This document shows positions 1-8,798 of a stretch of 64,000 nt of DNA, one piece after another. Position 1 is the stretch's first letter. The number at the start of each line of letters is the position of its first letter. Both the position numbers and the translations under genes were made by a program. Source of the DNA: a virus; the IMG/VR virus record IMGVR_UViG_3300036985_006490, positions 64,001 through 128,000 of that record; one strand, given 5' to 3'. Below the pieces are notes generated by a model. That model worked only from the letters and a program-made list of their open reading frames with translations. It searched no databases and was not told the DNA's origin.

Positions 1-66
1 CATAGAATACTGTTTCCCTCCAGTATTTTTCAATTTAGGGTCTCCTTCTACATGTATCTTTTTCAT
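1..66 (-). CDS. partial CDS (N-terminus MKKIHVEGDPKLKNTGGKQYSM...), runs off the window; function unknown
   Basis: ATG at 66 overlaps the TGA of the APS kinase (ATGA coupling); open frame to position 1. Confidence 0.55.
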   Translation of the reverse strand, partial: MKKIHVEGDPKLKNTGGKQYSM

Positions 67-512
67 TTTTGATTTGTTTTTATAAATTCAATTATCGTAT
101 CAGCACAAACATCAATTGAAATATTTGTTGTGTTAATATCCAAGAAGTTTTCAGTTGGTTGCTGATACTCTTTAACGAAATAATCTTCTCTCCCCCTAAC
201 TTCGGTGGTGTGTACATAAACTTCAATAAGATTATCCCCCATCTTTGATTTGAACTTATCTCTTTGGTCTTTATATGGAGACACCAAGGAAACAAATACG
301 TGTTTACCTTTGTTATGAAGATATTCTGAAATTTGTTGTGCGAGTTCAATATTCTTTTTACGTCCAACTTCAGAATAATCCTTATTATCAAATAAATCCC
401 TTAAATCATCTCCATCAATATGAAATACATCCGAACCCATGTTTAACATCATTTGTTTACATAGGGTTGTCTTACCTGAACCAGGTTGTCCTGTTAACCA
501 AATTACTGACAT
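63..512 (-). CDS. cysC: adenylylsulfate (APS) kinase
   Basis: IWLTGQPGSGKTT P-loop, IDGDDLR, VSLVSPY and Y-x-x-P motifs typical of CysC. Confidence 0.85.
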   Translation of the reverse strand: MSVIWLTGQPGSGKTTLCKQMMLNMGSDVFHIDGDDLRDLFDNKDYSEVGRKKNIELAQQISEYLHNKGKHVFVSLVSPYKDQRDKFKSKMGDNLIEVYVHTTEVRGREDYFVKEYQQPTENFLDINTTNISIDVCADTIIEFIKTNQK

Positions 513-733
513 TTTTCTAAGTTTTTAATTTTACGATCCAAATAGAATGCCGCTTTCTTCAGGTCTTCAAGTTCCTTTGTTCGGTCTTTTACACCCGCTC
601 TTGCAACATATTTTACCACGTTGAACAAATAAGCATCGTGGTCTAACCCCCAAGCTTCGCAAACCTTAATAACTTCGTACGGATTCTCTTCACCCCCATA
701 ATGGTTCGGGTGATTTACCATTTCTTTATTCAT
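503..733 (-). CDS. DUF3310 family phage protein
   Basis: VNHPNHY...NVVKYVARAG-x-K...EDLKKAAFYL signature; start moved to MNKEM at 733. Confidence 0.85.
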   Translation of the reverse strand: MNKEMVNHPNHYGGEENPYEVIKVCEAWGLDHDAYLFNVVKYVARAGVKDRTKELEDLKKAAFYLDRKIKNLEKCQ

Positions 734-849
734 TATTTTTTCCCCACTTTTTTCCAATGTATTCATTGTATCTATCATATTTTCTTGGACTATATAACAT
801 CCAAACAAAATATATATCAATGAACCATTCTATCTTTTTGAGAATTTTT

Positions 850-1071
850 TTAATCTTTTCCAAAATATTGTTCGATAGTTTGAAGTCGTTCATCAGCATC
901 TGCCAACATACGGAGAGCTTCTTCAGCATTCTCATAAAAATCTTTTGTTGAATGGTCACCAATACCTACTCCAGTATTACCCAACAAGTCCAAAGTTAAT
1001 AGCGCTTTTGCCTTATCTGCCTCTGCTGAGGTCTTTAACATTTTGATTAGATGTTTATTCATAACTTTCAT
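850..1071 (-). CDS. hypothetical protein
   Basis: ORF in co-directional run; contains VGIGDHS. Confidence 0.65.
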   Translation of the reverse strand: MKVMNKHLIKMLKTSAEADKAKALLTLDLLGNTGVGIGDHSTKDFYENAEEALRMLADADERLQTIEQYFGKD

Positions 1072-1073
1072 TT

Positions 1074-1256
1074 TTATTTAATTATATTCAGTATTTCTTT
1101 ATCGGGTTTTCCTTCGATGTGAAGATTATATATCAAGGAACAAGTGGTGTCTTGAAAAAGTAACATCTCACTTTTACCGTAATATTCTTTTAATTTACCT
1201 TCTTTGAGGGCTGAGACACATTGGTCAAGGGTCACCCATCTCTTGTTGAAACTCAT
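1074..1256 (-). CDS. hypothetical protein
   Basis: 60-aa ORF tightly packed in the operon. Confidence 0.6.
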   Translation of the reverse strand: MSFNKRWVTLDQCVSALKEGKLKEYYGKSEMLLFQDTTCSLIYNLHIEGKPDKEILNIIK

Positions 1257-1274
1257 TTTAAAAATATAAGAATT

Positions 1275-2054
1275 TTAGTTCGTAGAGTCAAAGTTGTTTG
1301 CCTTCTCAAAATTAACCACTTGAAAAATATAAGACATCACTTTTCTTTTGATGATAGGAACCATTGTTTCCTCAAAAGGAAAATTCTGTGAGCATTTGAT
1401 TTCAAATATGGGTAAATGCTTATAGAATTCTGTTTGATTCCATTTTGAATTAGTGTTAATAATTTCTGTCAGGGTTTTTTCATCAACACCACCATCAGAA
1501 ATTAACCCCAAGTATGTTCGATTTGTAGATTTGTCTTTCTTATCAGGTCTAATTTCATACTCCCAAACGTATAATTTTTCTTTAGATTTCTGATAGAAAA
1601 AAATATATCCTGATCCAGCGACTAAGTTGTTCTTGTTTTTCCTAAGATACAAGTCAATCGATTCGAAAGCGATATTCCATATTGATTTAGCAATGTTAAA
1701 GGCATCAAATAATTTTGGACCTGAGAATTTCAGAGTCTTATCTAATTCATCTTCTTCTTTATCACTTAATTTTCTTGGTTTTTTTGGAGTCAATTCCTTA
1801 ACCAATATTTCATCATCAAAAGATTCAAACTTTTTGTTGGTTAATAACAGTGTATTTTCCTTAGAAATTGATTGAATGTTTGCCAAGTGTAATGATAACT
1901 CCACAAAATTTGGGTATAGTTCAAACTTGTCAAAACTCTTATCACATTTCTGTAGATAGTCCAACAATGTGTATTTGTTGTATTCAAAATCCAATGGCTC
2001 TTTGTAAATCCATTCAGGATCTAATTGGAATGATATCTTTTTCTTTCTACCCAT
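1275..2054 (-). CDS. hypothetical phage protein
   Basis: 259-aa ORF, W...PLDFEYNKY-x-LL-x-YLQ N-terminal block; no function recognised. Confidence 0.75.
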   Translation of the reverse strand: MGRKKKISFQLDPEWIYKEPLDFEYNKYTLLDYLQKCDKSFDKFELYPNFVELSLHLANIQSISKENTLLLTNKKFESFDDEILVKELTPKKPRKLSDKEEDELDKTLKFSGPKLFDAFNIAKSIWNIAFESIDLYLRKNKNNLVAGSGYIFFYQKSKEKLYVWEYEIRPDKKDKSTNRTYLGLISDGGVDEKTLTEIINTNSKWNQTEFYKHLPIFEIKCSQNFPFEETMVPIIKRKVMSYIFQVVNFEKANNFDSTN

Positions 2055-2080
2055 ACAAAAATTATAATGGTTAAATACTT

Positions 2081-2929
2081 TTAATCAATTCTCATGATGA
2101 AAAATAAATCTCCATCAACAAAAACCTCATCAGCACTACCATCATATCTATTAAGGGTATGTCCGTATCCGTCAGTATTTATAATTTCTTCGATGAATTT
2201 CTTTTTATTGATGTAGTTTGAAAAATCTAACCCAAAATCATCTATAAATTGCATAGGATTTCTTTTAACCTCACGTACATTATCGTCAATTACTTGACTA
2301 ACTAAGTCTTCAGGGTAGTCACCATCGGGGTCACCCTTTATCATTTCAATTTCCTCATCAAATTCTTCAACAATACCTTCCAACTCTTTGATTTTTCTAC
2401 GGTACCACTCATCGTTTTCTCCTCCCAAACCATTCAAAAATTGTTCAATGCTTCTATTAAGACGGTCTTTTCTCATTTCGAAAATATCAACTTGTTCTTT
2501 TTGCTTATTAGACAACATTCTTTTATCGTCATCTAAATAACTTTCAGGGTTACTATAAACATCATCTTCATAAAAATCTTTGGCATAATAAGATACTTCT
2601 TCTTCGTCAATAAATTCTTCCAAAAGTGACCTACTAAACCCTTCATATCCCATTTCATCTATCATTTCTTCAAGAGATTGTTTCGAGCTTGACATCATCT
2701 CATTGTCAGTACCAACAGTAAAAACTCCATCAACACCTTCTACCTCAAATTCATCTGTGTCATAATAAGAACCTCTATGCTCAATATCTGAAATAGAAAC
2801 TTCATCTGGATCTTCGCCATTCTCAATCAACCACTCATAAAGCACATTAGCCTTTACGTCAATCATGTCCACGGGGCCCTTAGTTGAATCTTGTTCTGGT
2901 AATATTCCTTTAATCATCGAAAATTTCAT
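2081..2929 (-). CDS. acidic hypothetical protein, possibly head-packaged
   Basis: Very D/E-rich; N-terminus MKFSMIKGILPEQ; TATTTAT motif upstream. Confidence 0.7.
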   Translation of the reverse strand: MKFSMIKGILPEQDSTKGPVDMIDVKANVLYEWLIENGEDPDEVSISDIEHRGSYYDTDEFEVEGVDGVFTVGTDNEMMSSSKQSLEEMIDEMGYEGFSRSLLEEFIDEEEVSYYAKDFYEDDVYSNPESYLDDDKRMLSNKQKEQVDIFEMRKDRLNRSIEQFLNGLGGENDEWYRRKIKELEGIVEEFDEEIEMIKGDPDGDYPEDLVSQVIDDNVREVKRNPMQFIDDFGLDFSNYINKKKFIEEIINTDGYGHTLNRYDGSADEVFVDGDLFFIMRID

Positions 2930-2943
2930 CAGTTTTTTATTTA

Positions 2944-2988
2944 ATAAATATCTTTATGCAATATAATTAAAGTAAGGAACTATTTATA
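2944..2988. promoter_or_regulatory. divergent pair of putative late-promoter TATTTAT motifs
   Basis: TATTTAT on minus (2944-2950) before the 2929 start, TATTTATA on plus (2981-2988) before the 3017 start. Confidence 0.5.
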
Positions 2989-3016
2989 AACATAAACAAA
3001 TTAAATTATTATCACT

Positions 3017-3175
3017 ATGAGCTGCGGATGCAAAAATAACAATCAATCACAGGCACAAACTCAACAACAAGTTCAATCCTCTCAATTAGCGAAAGAACAA
3101 CAAACTGAGAGTGTTAAATCTGCTATCAAAAAAACTGTAGAGAAGTATTATAACGTAAATAAAACTTCTAAATAA
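3017..3175 (+). CDS. small protein MSCGCKNNNQSQAQTQQQ... (52 aa), absent from the ORF track
   Basis: ATG 3017 to TAA 3175; CGC N-terminus, Gln-rich; upstream TATTTATA and downstream hairpin. Confidence 0.7.
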   Translation: MSCGCKNNNQSQAQTQQQVQSSQLAKEQQTESVKSAIKKTVEKYYNVNKTSK

Positions 3176-3197
3176 GTTTAGGTAAAAGGGATATATG

Positions 3198-3224
3198 AAA
3201 GGGACAATTTTTTTGTCCCTTTTT
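3198..3224 (+). terminator. intrinsic terminator
   Basis: AAAGGGACAA-ttttt-TTGTCCCTTT hairpin followed by a T run. Confidence 0.65.
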
Positions 3225-3236
3225 ATATTTATTGAT

Positions 3237-4235
3237 ATGGATTTTCAAGAACTTATAGATGATTTACACGATGGAGGAGATCTCGCCAAATCTTTTTTTG
3301 GAGATTTTCAAACATTTTTTGCCGTGTTGGCTAAAAGAGGTTATTTAGACCAAATAGATATTGAGGATTCGGAAATACAAAATGAATTATTACTTTTCCT
3401 GAAAAAATCTTATCCTCAACAATTCAATCAATTCATAATGGATAAGTTAACCGATTTGGAAATCGATGAAGATGGTAGAGTATTCTTAGACCTTTCGGAC
3501 CTATCAGACTTATCAGAATTGTTTTGTGATAGTCCAAGAAATGGTTTATCTAAATCCATGGTTGAACAAATTATGAATGGTGAATTTGATAATTGGTTTG
3601 AATACACAACAAACTCAGTTGAAGAAAAATATGATGATGTTATTTCTGAATTGAATCCAAAGAATCATAAAATATTGGCAGATTACATTGTTGACGCGTT
3701 ACAAAATATTCAAATTAATCCTGAAACTGAAGTACTTTCCGAAATTGCTGATGAACAGGGACATCCTGAATATGTAATAGTTGATTCATCCGTCGTAGAA
3801 ACAATTTTGGATGACAAAGAAACAATGTCTCGCCTATTAAACAACGAACTCGAAGACCTTGATACCAATTTGTACCACATATACCGTAATGCTTACTCAT
3901 CAGCATATGAAAGTGATGTAATTGATTTAATTTTCAGTGAATTACAGGAATATGTAGAGGGTAAAGGTCAATTTTACTCAATACCTCATAGATTCAAAAA
4001 AGACACTGTAACTCAAAGGTTTACAATACCAGTCGCTTCCAACTTTTATGAAATAATTGATGACTATTTACGAGATAATGTAAACACTGGTAGTAGAGGT
4101 TTATTAGAATACTATGCGTCATACATATCATTACTTGTAGATAACTTCGATTGTTTAACAGTACATGCCCCAGATTATCCTGATTACAGTGAAATCAAAA
4201 ATAATATCAATGAAATTTTCACAGATTATCTGTAA
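3237..4235 (+). CDS. acidic hypothetical protein
   Basis: Long D/E-rich ORF; start moved to MDFQEL (3237), after the hairpin and TATTTAT (3226-3232). Confidence 0.75.
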   Translation: MDFQELIDDLHDGGDLAKSFFGDFQTFFAVLAKRGYLDQIDIEDSEIQNELLLFLKKSYPQQFNQFIMDKLTDLEIDEDGRVFLDLSDLSDLSELFCDSPRNGLSKSMVEQIMNGEFDNWFEYTTNSVEEKYDDVISELNPKNHKILADYIVDALQNIQINPETEVLSEIADEQGHPEYVIVDSSVVETILDDKETMSRLLNNELEDLDTNLYHIYRNAYSSAYESDVIDLIFSELQEYVEGKGQFYSIPHRFKKDTVTQRFTIPVASNFYEIIDDYLRDNVNTGSRGLLEYYASYISLLVDNFDCLTVHAPDYPDYSEIKNNINEIFTDYL

Positions 4236-4292
4236 AAATTCTATTCTTTTTGTTTTTTTATTTTCTTATCATTCAACAAATTAGAGAATTTA

Positions 4293-5039
4293 ATGATACT
4301 TAAAAAAACAAATAGTAGAGTCTACATTATAAATTTATTTTCAGACTTTTTACTAACAAAAATTCCTCACAGCGAAGAATCAATTTTTTCCGTAGTTGAT
4401 TGTAATAACTTTGTAATTATAAAGGGTAAAACTACTCATAAAGAAATTTTAGATATAAGTTCAATTACAAAAGAATTTAACGAAAAGTATGAACCATCTA
4501 AGCCAGTATCACATACAATAGATTTAATTGAGTATAATAGTAAGTTACCTAAAGTAAAAAACTTAGAATTCATTTTACATAAATCTGAAAATTGTTCTTA
4601 CCATAAAAATCAAGTTGAAAAATTTTTAATTAGTGAATCATCTGTTGATTATAAAGGTTTCCCTTCAGAACTTACTGATGAGGAATTAGTTATCACATCA
4701 GAATTTCCTCATGGTTATTCATTACATCAAGGGAGATTGATATATCTTTACGGTAAACATATTTTTTATAACATCACAACTAACTATACTGGATCATCCA
4801 TAATCTTTAATTTATCATTGGATAAAAATGAAGAAAATGAAAACATAATTTCCATTTTTAATGTTGATAAAAATTCTGAGGATGAGAAATTAAAATCAGC
4901 TATATTAGACGTATTTGATTTCGATGTGTCATCCATGTCCTCTGAAATGAAAAAAGTGGATTGGAGTATTGAACTCACAAATCCACTCGAAGATTATTCT
5001 TTTGTAAAAAAGAAAAATAAAGATTTTATTATTTTTTAA
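4293..5039 (+). CDS. degenerate S-adenosylmethionine synthetase (MetK)-like protein, catalytic motifs absent
   Basis: Segments align by eye with MetK N- and C-domains (FSDFLLTKI, NFVIIKGKTT...DISSI, RLIYLYGKHIFYNI, KLKSAILDVFDF); no GHPDK, GAGDQG or GGGAFSGKD. Confidence 0.5.
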   Translation: MILKKTNSRVYIINLFSDFLLTKIPHSEESIFSVVDCNNFVIIKGKTTHKEILDISSITKEFNEKYEPSKPVSHTIDLIEYNSKLPKVKNLEFILHKSENCSYHKNQVEKFLISESSVDYKGFPSELTDEELVITSEFPHGYSLHQGRLIYLYGKHIFYNITTNYTGSSIIFNLSLDKNEENENIISIFNVDKNSEDEKLKSAILDVFDFDVSSMSSEMKKVDWSIELTNPLEDYSFVKKKNKDFIIF

Positions 5040-5335
5040 ATGATACCGACATTTTTTCGGTGTTCTTTAATTATTTGAATTGCCTCAGTCAACTCATTAT
5101 AATTTTTATCAGGAGTGTATAGAAAGGACTTATAATCCTTCCTATTTCCCTCAATAATAAGTAATGCTGGTATTAAATCATTGTCTGTTATTTCACTGAA
5201 TACATCATATTCATCTTTATATTCATCGATATCTCTATCGAAAAACTCTATACCTTCTTCAGTTAACATTTTTTTGAAGTCAACACAGAAAGGACATCCT
5301 TTCATGGTATAGACAATAACATTCAAATCTTTCAT
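5036..5335 (-). CDS. glutaredoxin / NrdH-like redoxin
   Basis: VIVYTMKGCPFC motif and cis-Pro segment LIPAL. Confidence 0.85.
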   Translation of the reverse strand: MKDLNVIVYTMKGCPFCVDFKKMLTEEGIEFFDRDIDEYKDEYDVFSEITDNDLIPALLIIEGNRKDYKSFLYTPDKNYNELTEAIQIIKEHRKNVGII

Positions 5336-5340
5336 AATTA

Positions 5341-5658
5341 TTAATCTAATAATGTAAGAAGTTGATCTGGTGACATCACACCTGGTCTTGAAAAAGTTTC
5401 CTCACCATTCTCGAATATTTTAATCGTCGGAACACCCCTAACATTCCATTCCTTCATAAGGTCCATATCTTGTTCAATGTCAAATTTATAAACGCTATAT
5501 TTTGGTGTTCCTTTTTGTATTAAAGATTCATTAACTTTTTCAAGGTTACCCAACATTATTTTACACGGTCCACACCAAGTCGCAAATAGGTCAAGTACGA
5601 AGTTTTCCTTGTTGTTAATTTTTTGTTTTAGTTCTTCACTTGTTAGTTGTTTTGTCAT
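5341..5658 (-). CDS. trxA: thioredoxin
   Basis: ATWCGPCK active site, VRGVPT. Confidence 0.9.
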   Translation of the reverse strand: MTKQLTSEELKQKINNKENFVLDLFATWCGPCKIMLGNLEKVNESLIQKGTPKYSVYKFDIEQDMDLMKEWNVRGVPTIKIFENGEETFSRPGVMSPDQLLTLLD

Positions 5659-5980
5659 TGTTAAATTGTTTTATAAGTTGTTTTAAAAAAATTGTTAATT
5701 CACTTTCTTGATTTTGTTTATAATAAACAACTAAATTCACATCGGTAGTATTCAATAATAAATACAAATAGAATCCTTGTTTTGTTTTGAAAATTATTTT
5801 TTCGAGTATAATTTTTCCTGAACCTGCGTCTACATCAATTAGTCCTTTACTCCAAACGACTTCGAAACTTCTACCATTCAAGAATTTGAAAATAGAATCG
5901 TCAGGAAAATTGATTTGGATCGATGACAAAACCCCTAAAGATTTTTCATTATTCTTTATAAATTTTGGTTTTTTTATCAT
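5636..5980 (-). CDS. hypothetical protein
   Basis: 114-aa ORF overlapping the thioredoxin start. Confidence 0.6.
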   Translation of the reverse strand: MIKKPKFIKNNEKSLGVLSSIQINFPDDSIFKFLNGRSFEVVWSKGLIDVDAGSGKIILEKIIFKTKQGFYLYLLLNTTDVNLVVYYKQNQESELTIFLKQLIKQFNNDKTTNK

Positions 5981-5985
5981 AGTAA

Positions 5986-7662
5986 TTAAAAGTCTAATGT
6001 ACGAGGTCCCTCGAGTATTTTATTATCCCAGTTCAAAAAACCATCCTCACCCCAATATGAGTCGGATTCAAAGAATGTTCCATTATAACACTTTTTGGTT
6101 ATTTTTACGGGTTCAAATCTGTCATCGTTTACGTAATATAACATTTTCAAATCCAATTTCAATAGCCAGTGTATCCATTCATCCGATAATTTCCCATTGT
6201 ATTTCCCCAAACTTTGTACTCTACGACACTTGGCCTTATCATCCTCTCGATATAACTGATATTCAATAGTTGCCCTATCTTCAGAATATCTTGAACCCTT
6301 TCTTAAAGATATAATTATATTTGACGGCTTTCCAATATAGGTTTTTACACAATTTGATTGGGCTGAACTCTCTTCATTATATGATATTGAATCATCCAAT
6401 AATACAGGATAATACTCTCCTAATGGTTGTTCCAAATGTTCGTAAGAATAGATAGGATAAATCCTTTCATAGTGACCATTTTTATAGAATGTTAATTTAT
6501 CCGACCAATCCAAATGTTCATTTCTGAAGACATCCACATCATTACTCATCCACCTCAAATCAGTTTCACCATACATTTTTAATTGGGTGTAAATTTCAAT
6601 GTGGTCGATGAATGTATAGGTGTCTAACATTTCCTCAAAATATACTTTCTTGAATAGATTGAATACTCTACGTAGTTCATCTTTACCAATTACATTTACA
6701 AACTCAGCGGGAATATTTCTATCATTGATTTTGAACTCAGAATTCAAAGTTTGTAAAATAAAATCATCATCCTGATTAATCCAATCATCACCGAATAATT
6801 TTCTTGCTATCAAGTACAAGTCCAAGTTAAGTCCTTTGCAACTATGAAGACATTTTTTTAATTTCTTTCCAGTCAATCCATTATGTATCATAAACGTATC
6901 CACCAATCGATTGTCATTCTTTTTGAGTATCTTTCTAAAGATCGGGCCAACTAATTTGGAAGAATACAAAAGGAAATTGTTTGGATACTTAATTCCTTTT
7001 TTGTCTAAATAAAACTTGAATAATCTTTTATCCAGACTAAACTCACTAAACGATCCTCTCCCATCAATCTCATTAACAAATTTTGATAATGCGTCCACAG
7101 CAACCTCTACAGAGTTATGCGAATATGACCATATCTTATCTCTTATAACATATCCAATATTTGATGCCGGTTCGTTTAAGAAATAATTTTTGTTAAGTTT
7201 TTTCCTTACTTTCTTTTTATTTTGATAATTGTGTAGAAATCCTGAATATACATCACCATTTTTGGTGTTAACGGTAATATAGTCCACGTTCCGAACAACT
7301 TTGAACCACTTGTTTCCAACTCTTCTTTCTCTGAACCCATTAAAGACCTTCATAGAGACCTTATCTCCATCACGTTCAACCACAACCATCAAATAAGATT
7401 TGAGTACTCTGGCTAAAGGATTTCCGTAGTGTAAAACAAAATCCTCCTCAACATTAGAAACAAAATTCTCTAAATAAACATCAGATTTTTTTGAATAGTT
7501 TACTTTATCATTTGCGTGAAGTAATTGATTCCAAATATCTGCCTCAGTTTCATCCTCAAAAAAATATTTGTTCTTTGAATGTGGAAATGTAATCGGGACG
7601 GTGTCATGAAACACGACCGTGGTGTAAGATTCATAATTAACTTTGAAAATTTCTTCTTTCAT
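5986..7662 (-). CDS. PcfJ-like domain protein
   Basis: C-terminal EESSAQSNCVKTY...IISLR...ATIEY...VQSLGKYN pattern of the PcfJ family. Confidence 0.7.
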   Translation of the reverse strand: MKEEIFKVNYESYTTVVFHDTVPITFPHSKNKYFFEDETEADIWNQLLHANDKVNYSKKSDVYLENFVSNVEEDFVLHYGNPLARVLKSYLMVVVERDGDKVSMKVFNGFRERRVGNKWFKVVRNVDYITVNTKNGDVYSGFLHNYQNKKKVRKKLNKNYFLNEPASNIGYVIRDKIWSYSHNSVEVAVDALSKFVNEIDGRGSFSEFSLDKRLFKFYLDKKGIKYPNNFLLYSSKLVGPIFRKILKKNDNRLVDTFMIHNGLTGKKLKKCLHSCKGLNLDLYLIARKLFGDDWINQDDDFILQTLNSEFKINDRNIPAEFVNVIGKDELRRVFNLFKKVYFEEMLDTYTFIDHIEIYTQLKMYGETDLRWMSNDVDVFRNEHLDWSDKLTFYKNGHYERIYPIYSYEHLEQPLGEYYPVLLDDSISYNEESSAQSNCVKTYIGKPSNIIISLRKGSRYSEDRATIEYQLYREDDKAKCRRVQSLGKYNGKLSDEWIHWLLKLDLKMLYYVNDDRFEPVKITKKCYNGTFFESDSYWGEDGFLNWDNKILEGPRTLDF

Positions 7663-7675
7663 ATTTTAATTATAA

Positions 7676-7706
7676 TAAAAAAAATGGGGGATATAAACCC
7701 CCCACT
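7676..7706 (-). terminator. intrinsic terminator after the DUF932 gene
   Basis: Minus strand TGGGGG(G)-tttatat-CCCCCA followed by a T run. Confidence 0.65.
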
Positions 7707-7709
7707 TAA

Positions 7710-8459
7710 TTAACAATAAGACTCTGCCAACTCCCAAAGATTAGTATTAATCTTGTTGATGGATTGGAAGTTTTTCAATTCCTTCATTGAAGTAAATCTT
7801 CCTTTTTCGGATTGGTATCTCAAACCTCCTCGAACAAACTTCTCTTGGATTACGTTGAACGTAGTCCAAACTGAACTTCCCGAATCCTCATGTCTGATAG
7901 GGTGAAGGAAGTCCTCAAATTTGATTTTAGGAACTGATCCTTTTTCCCAACGGATTGAGGTGGCTTTGGTGACAAAGTCAACCACTTTTTCTTCATCCAA
8001 GAATGTGGTCTCCATTTTACCCACAGACCTTTGGATTACTGGCAGTCTTTCCGCAAATTGGTCTGTGATTTGTTTCACTGTTCCCATGTCAAACTTCATG
8101 TGTTTAACAGAAATTTTATCCGAAAGGGATGTTGGTACTGTTAAACCATTAGAACAAACTAATCGATGAAGTCCTGCACTTACTGAGAACGTACTCATTC
8201 CGTTGTGGGAATTTTTGATAATCGCCTCAACCAAAGAATCACCTACCTGTGGAAATTCCACATTACGTAGTCTTAACTCATGCTGAGCGTAAAATCCTCT
8301 ACCATTTTGGTTAGCGGAGAATACTTTCCATCCTTCATTCTCAAAGTTTTCGAGAATATCCATTGTCGGTACAAAAGTGTACTTGTTCGACATTTTTGGA
8401 GATGGAGAGGTGGTGAATACTGAGGGAGCGATTCTCTTGAGGTAGTCTGTCGTTATCAT
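7710..8459 (-). CDS. DUF932/DUF945 family protein
   Basis: APSVF...S-x-KY-x-FVPT, NSHNG, GLHRLVCSNGL, W-x-TFNVIQE, N-x-x-LW motifs. Confidence 0.85.
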   Translation of the reverse strand: MITTDYLKRIAPSVFTTSPSPKMSNKYTFVPTMDILENFENEGWKVFSANQNGRGFYAQHELRLRNVEFPQVGDSLVEAIIKNSHNGMSTFSVSAGLHRLVCSNGLTVPTSLSDKISVKHMKFDMGTVKQITDQFAERLPVIQRSVGKMETTFLDEEKVVDFVTKATSIRWEKGSVPKIKFEDFLHPIRHEDSGSSVWTTFNVIQEKFVRGGLRYQSEKGRFTSMKELKNFQSINKINTNLWELAESYC

Positions 8460-8478
8460 GTCTTATTGATTTAGAATT

Positions 8479-8510
8479 CAAAGATATGATAAAAAATTTA
8501 ATTCACCAAA
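8479..8510 (-). promoter_or_regulatory. Bacteroidetes-type housekeeping promoter (-33 TTTG / -7 TATCTTTG)
   Basis: TTTG-N20-TATCTTTG, about 20 nt upstream of the 8459 start. Confidence 0.7.
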
Positions 8511-8511
8511 C

Positions 8512-8781
8512 TCAATTCAAAAAAAGATCTCCAAAAATAGTTTTTTGTGTTGCGTTAATTTTAGTTTCTTTAGGATGATTAATTTCTGAACACAAATGTA
8601 GTAATTGCGATTGAGTGAGGCTAACATCCTCGCCCTTTTCATAATTTTTAATCGCGGCTTCTTTGATTTTTATATAAAAAGATTCCTCCCTGTCTTTTGA
8701 CACCAAGTTCAATAAATCATTAGGATTTTCTCTGAAAAACTTAATGACATTGTTCATGTATATTTCTACATCAAGATTCAT
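8512..8781 (-). CDS. hypothetical protein
   Basis: 89-aa ORF in operon context. Confidence 0.65.
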   Translation of the reverse strand: MNLDVEIYMNNVIKFFRENPNDLLNLVSKDREESFYIKIKEAAIKNYEKGEDVSLTQSQLLHLCSEINHPKETKINATQKTIFGDLFLN

Positions 8782-8798
8782 AAAACATCATTTAAGAA

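Noticed and set aside
5787-6269. 160-aa plus-strand ORF and the other short opposite-strand ORFs in the track (e.g. 15349..15729, 53036..53335)
   Set aside because: They fully overlap well-supported genes on the other strand and have shadow-type composition with no motifs.
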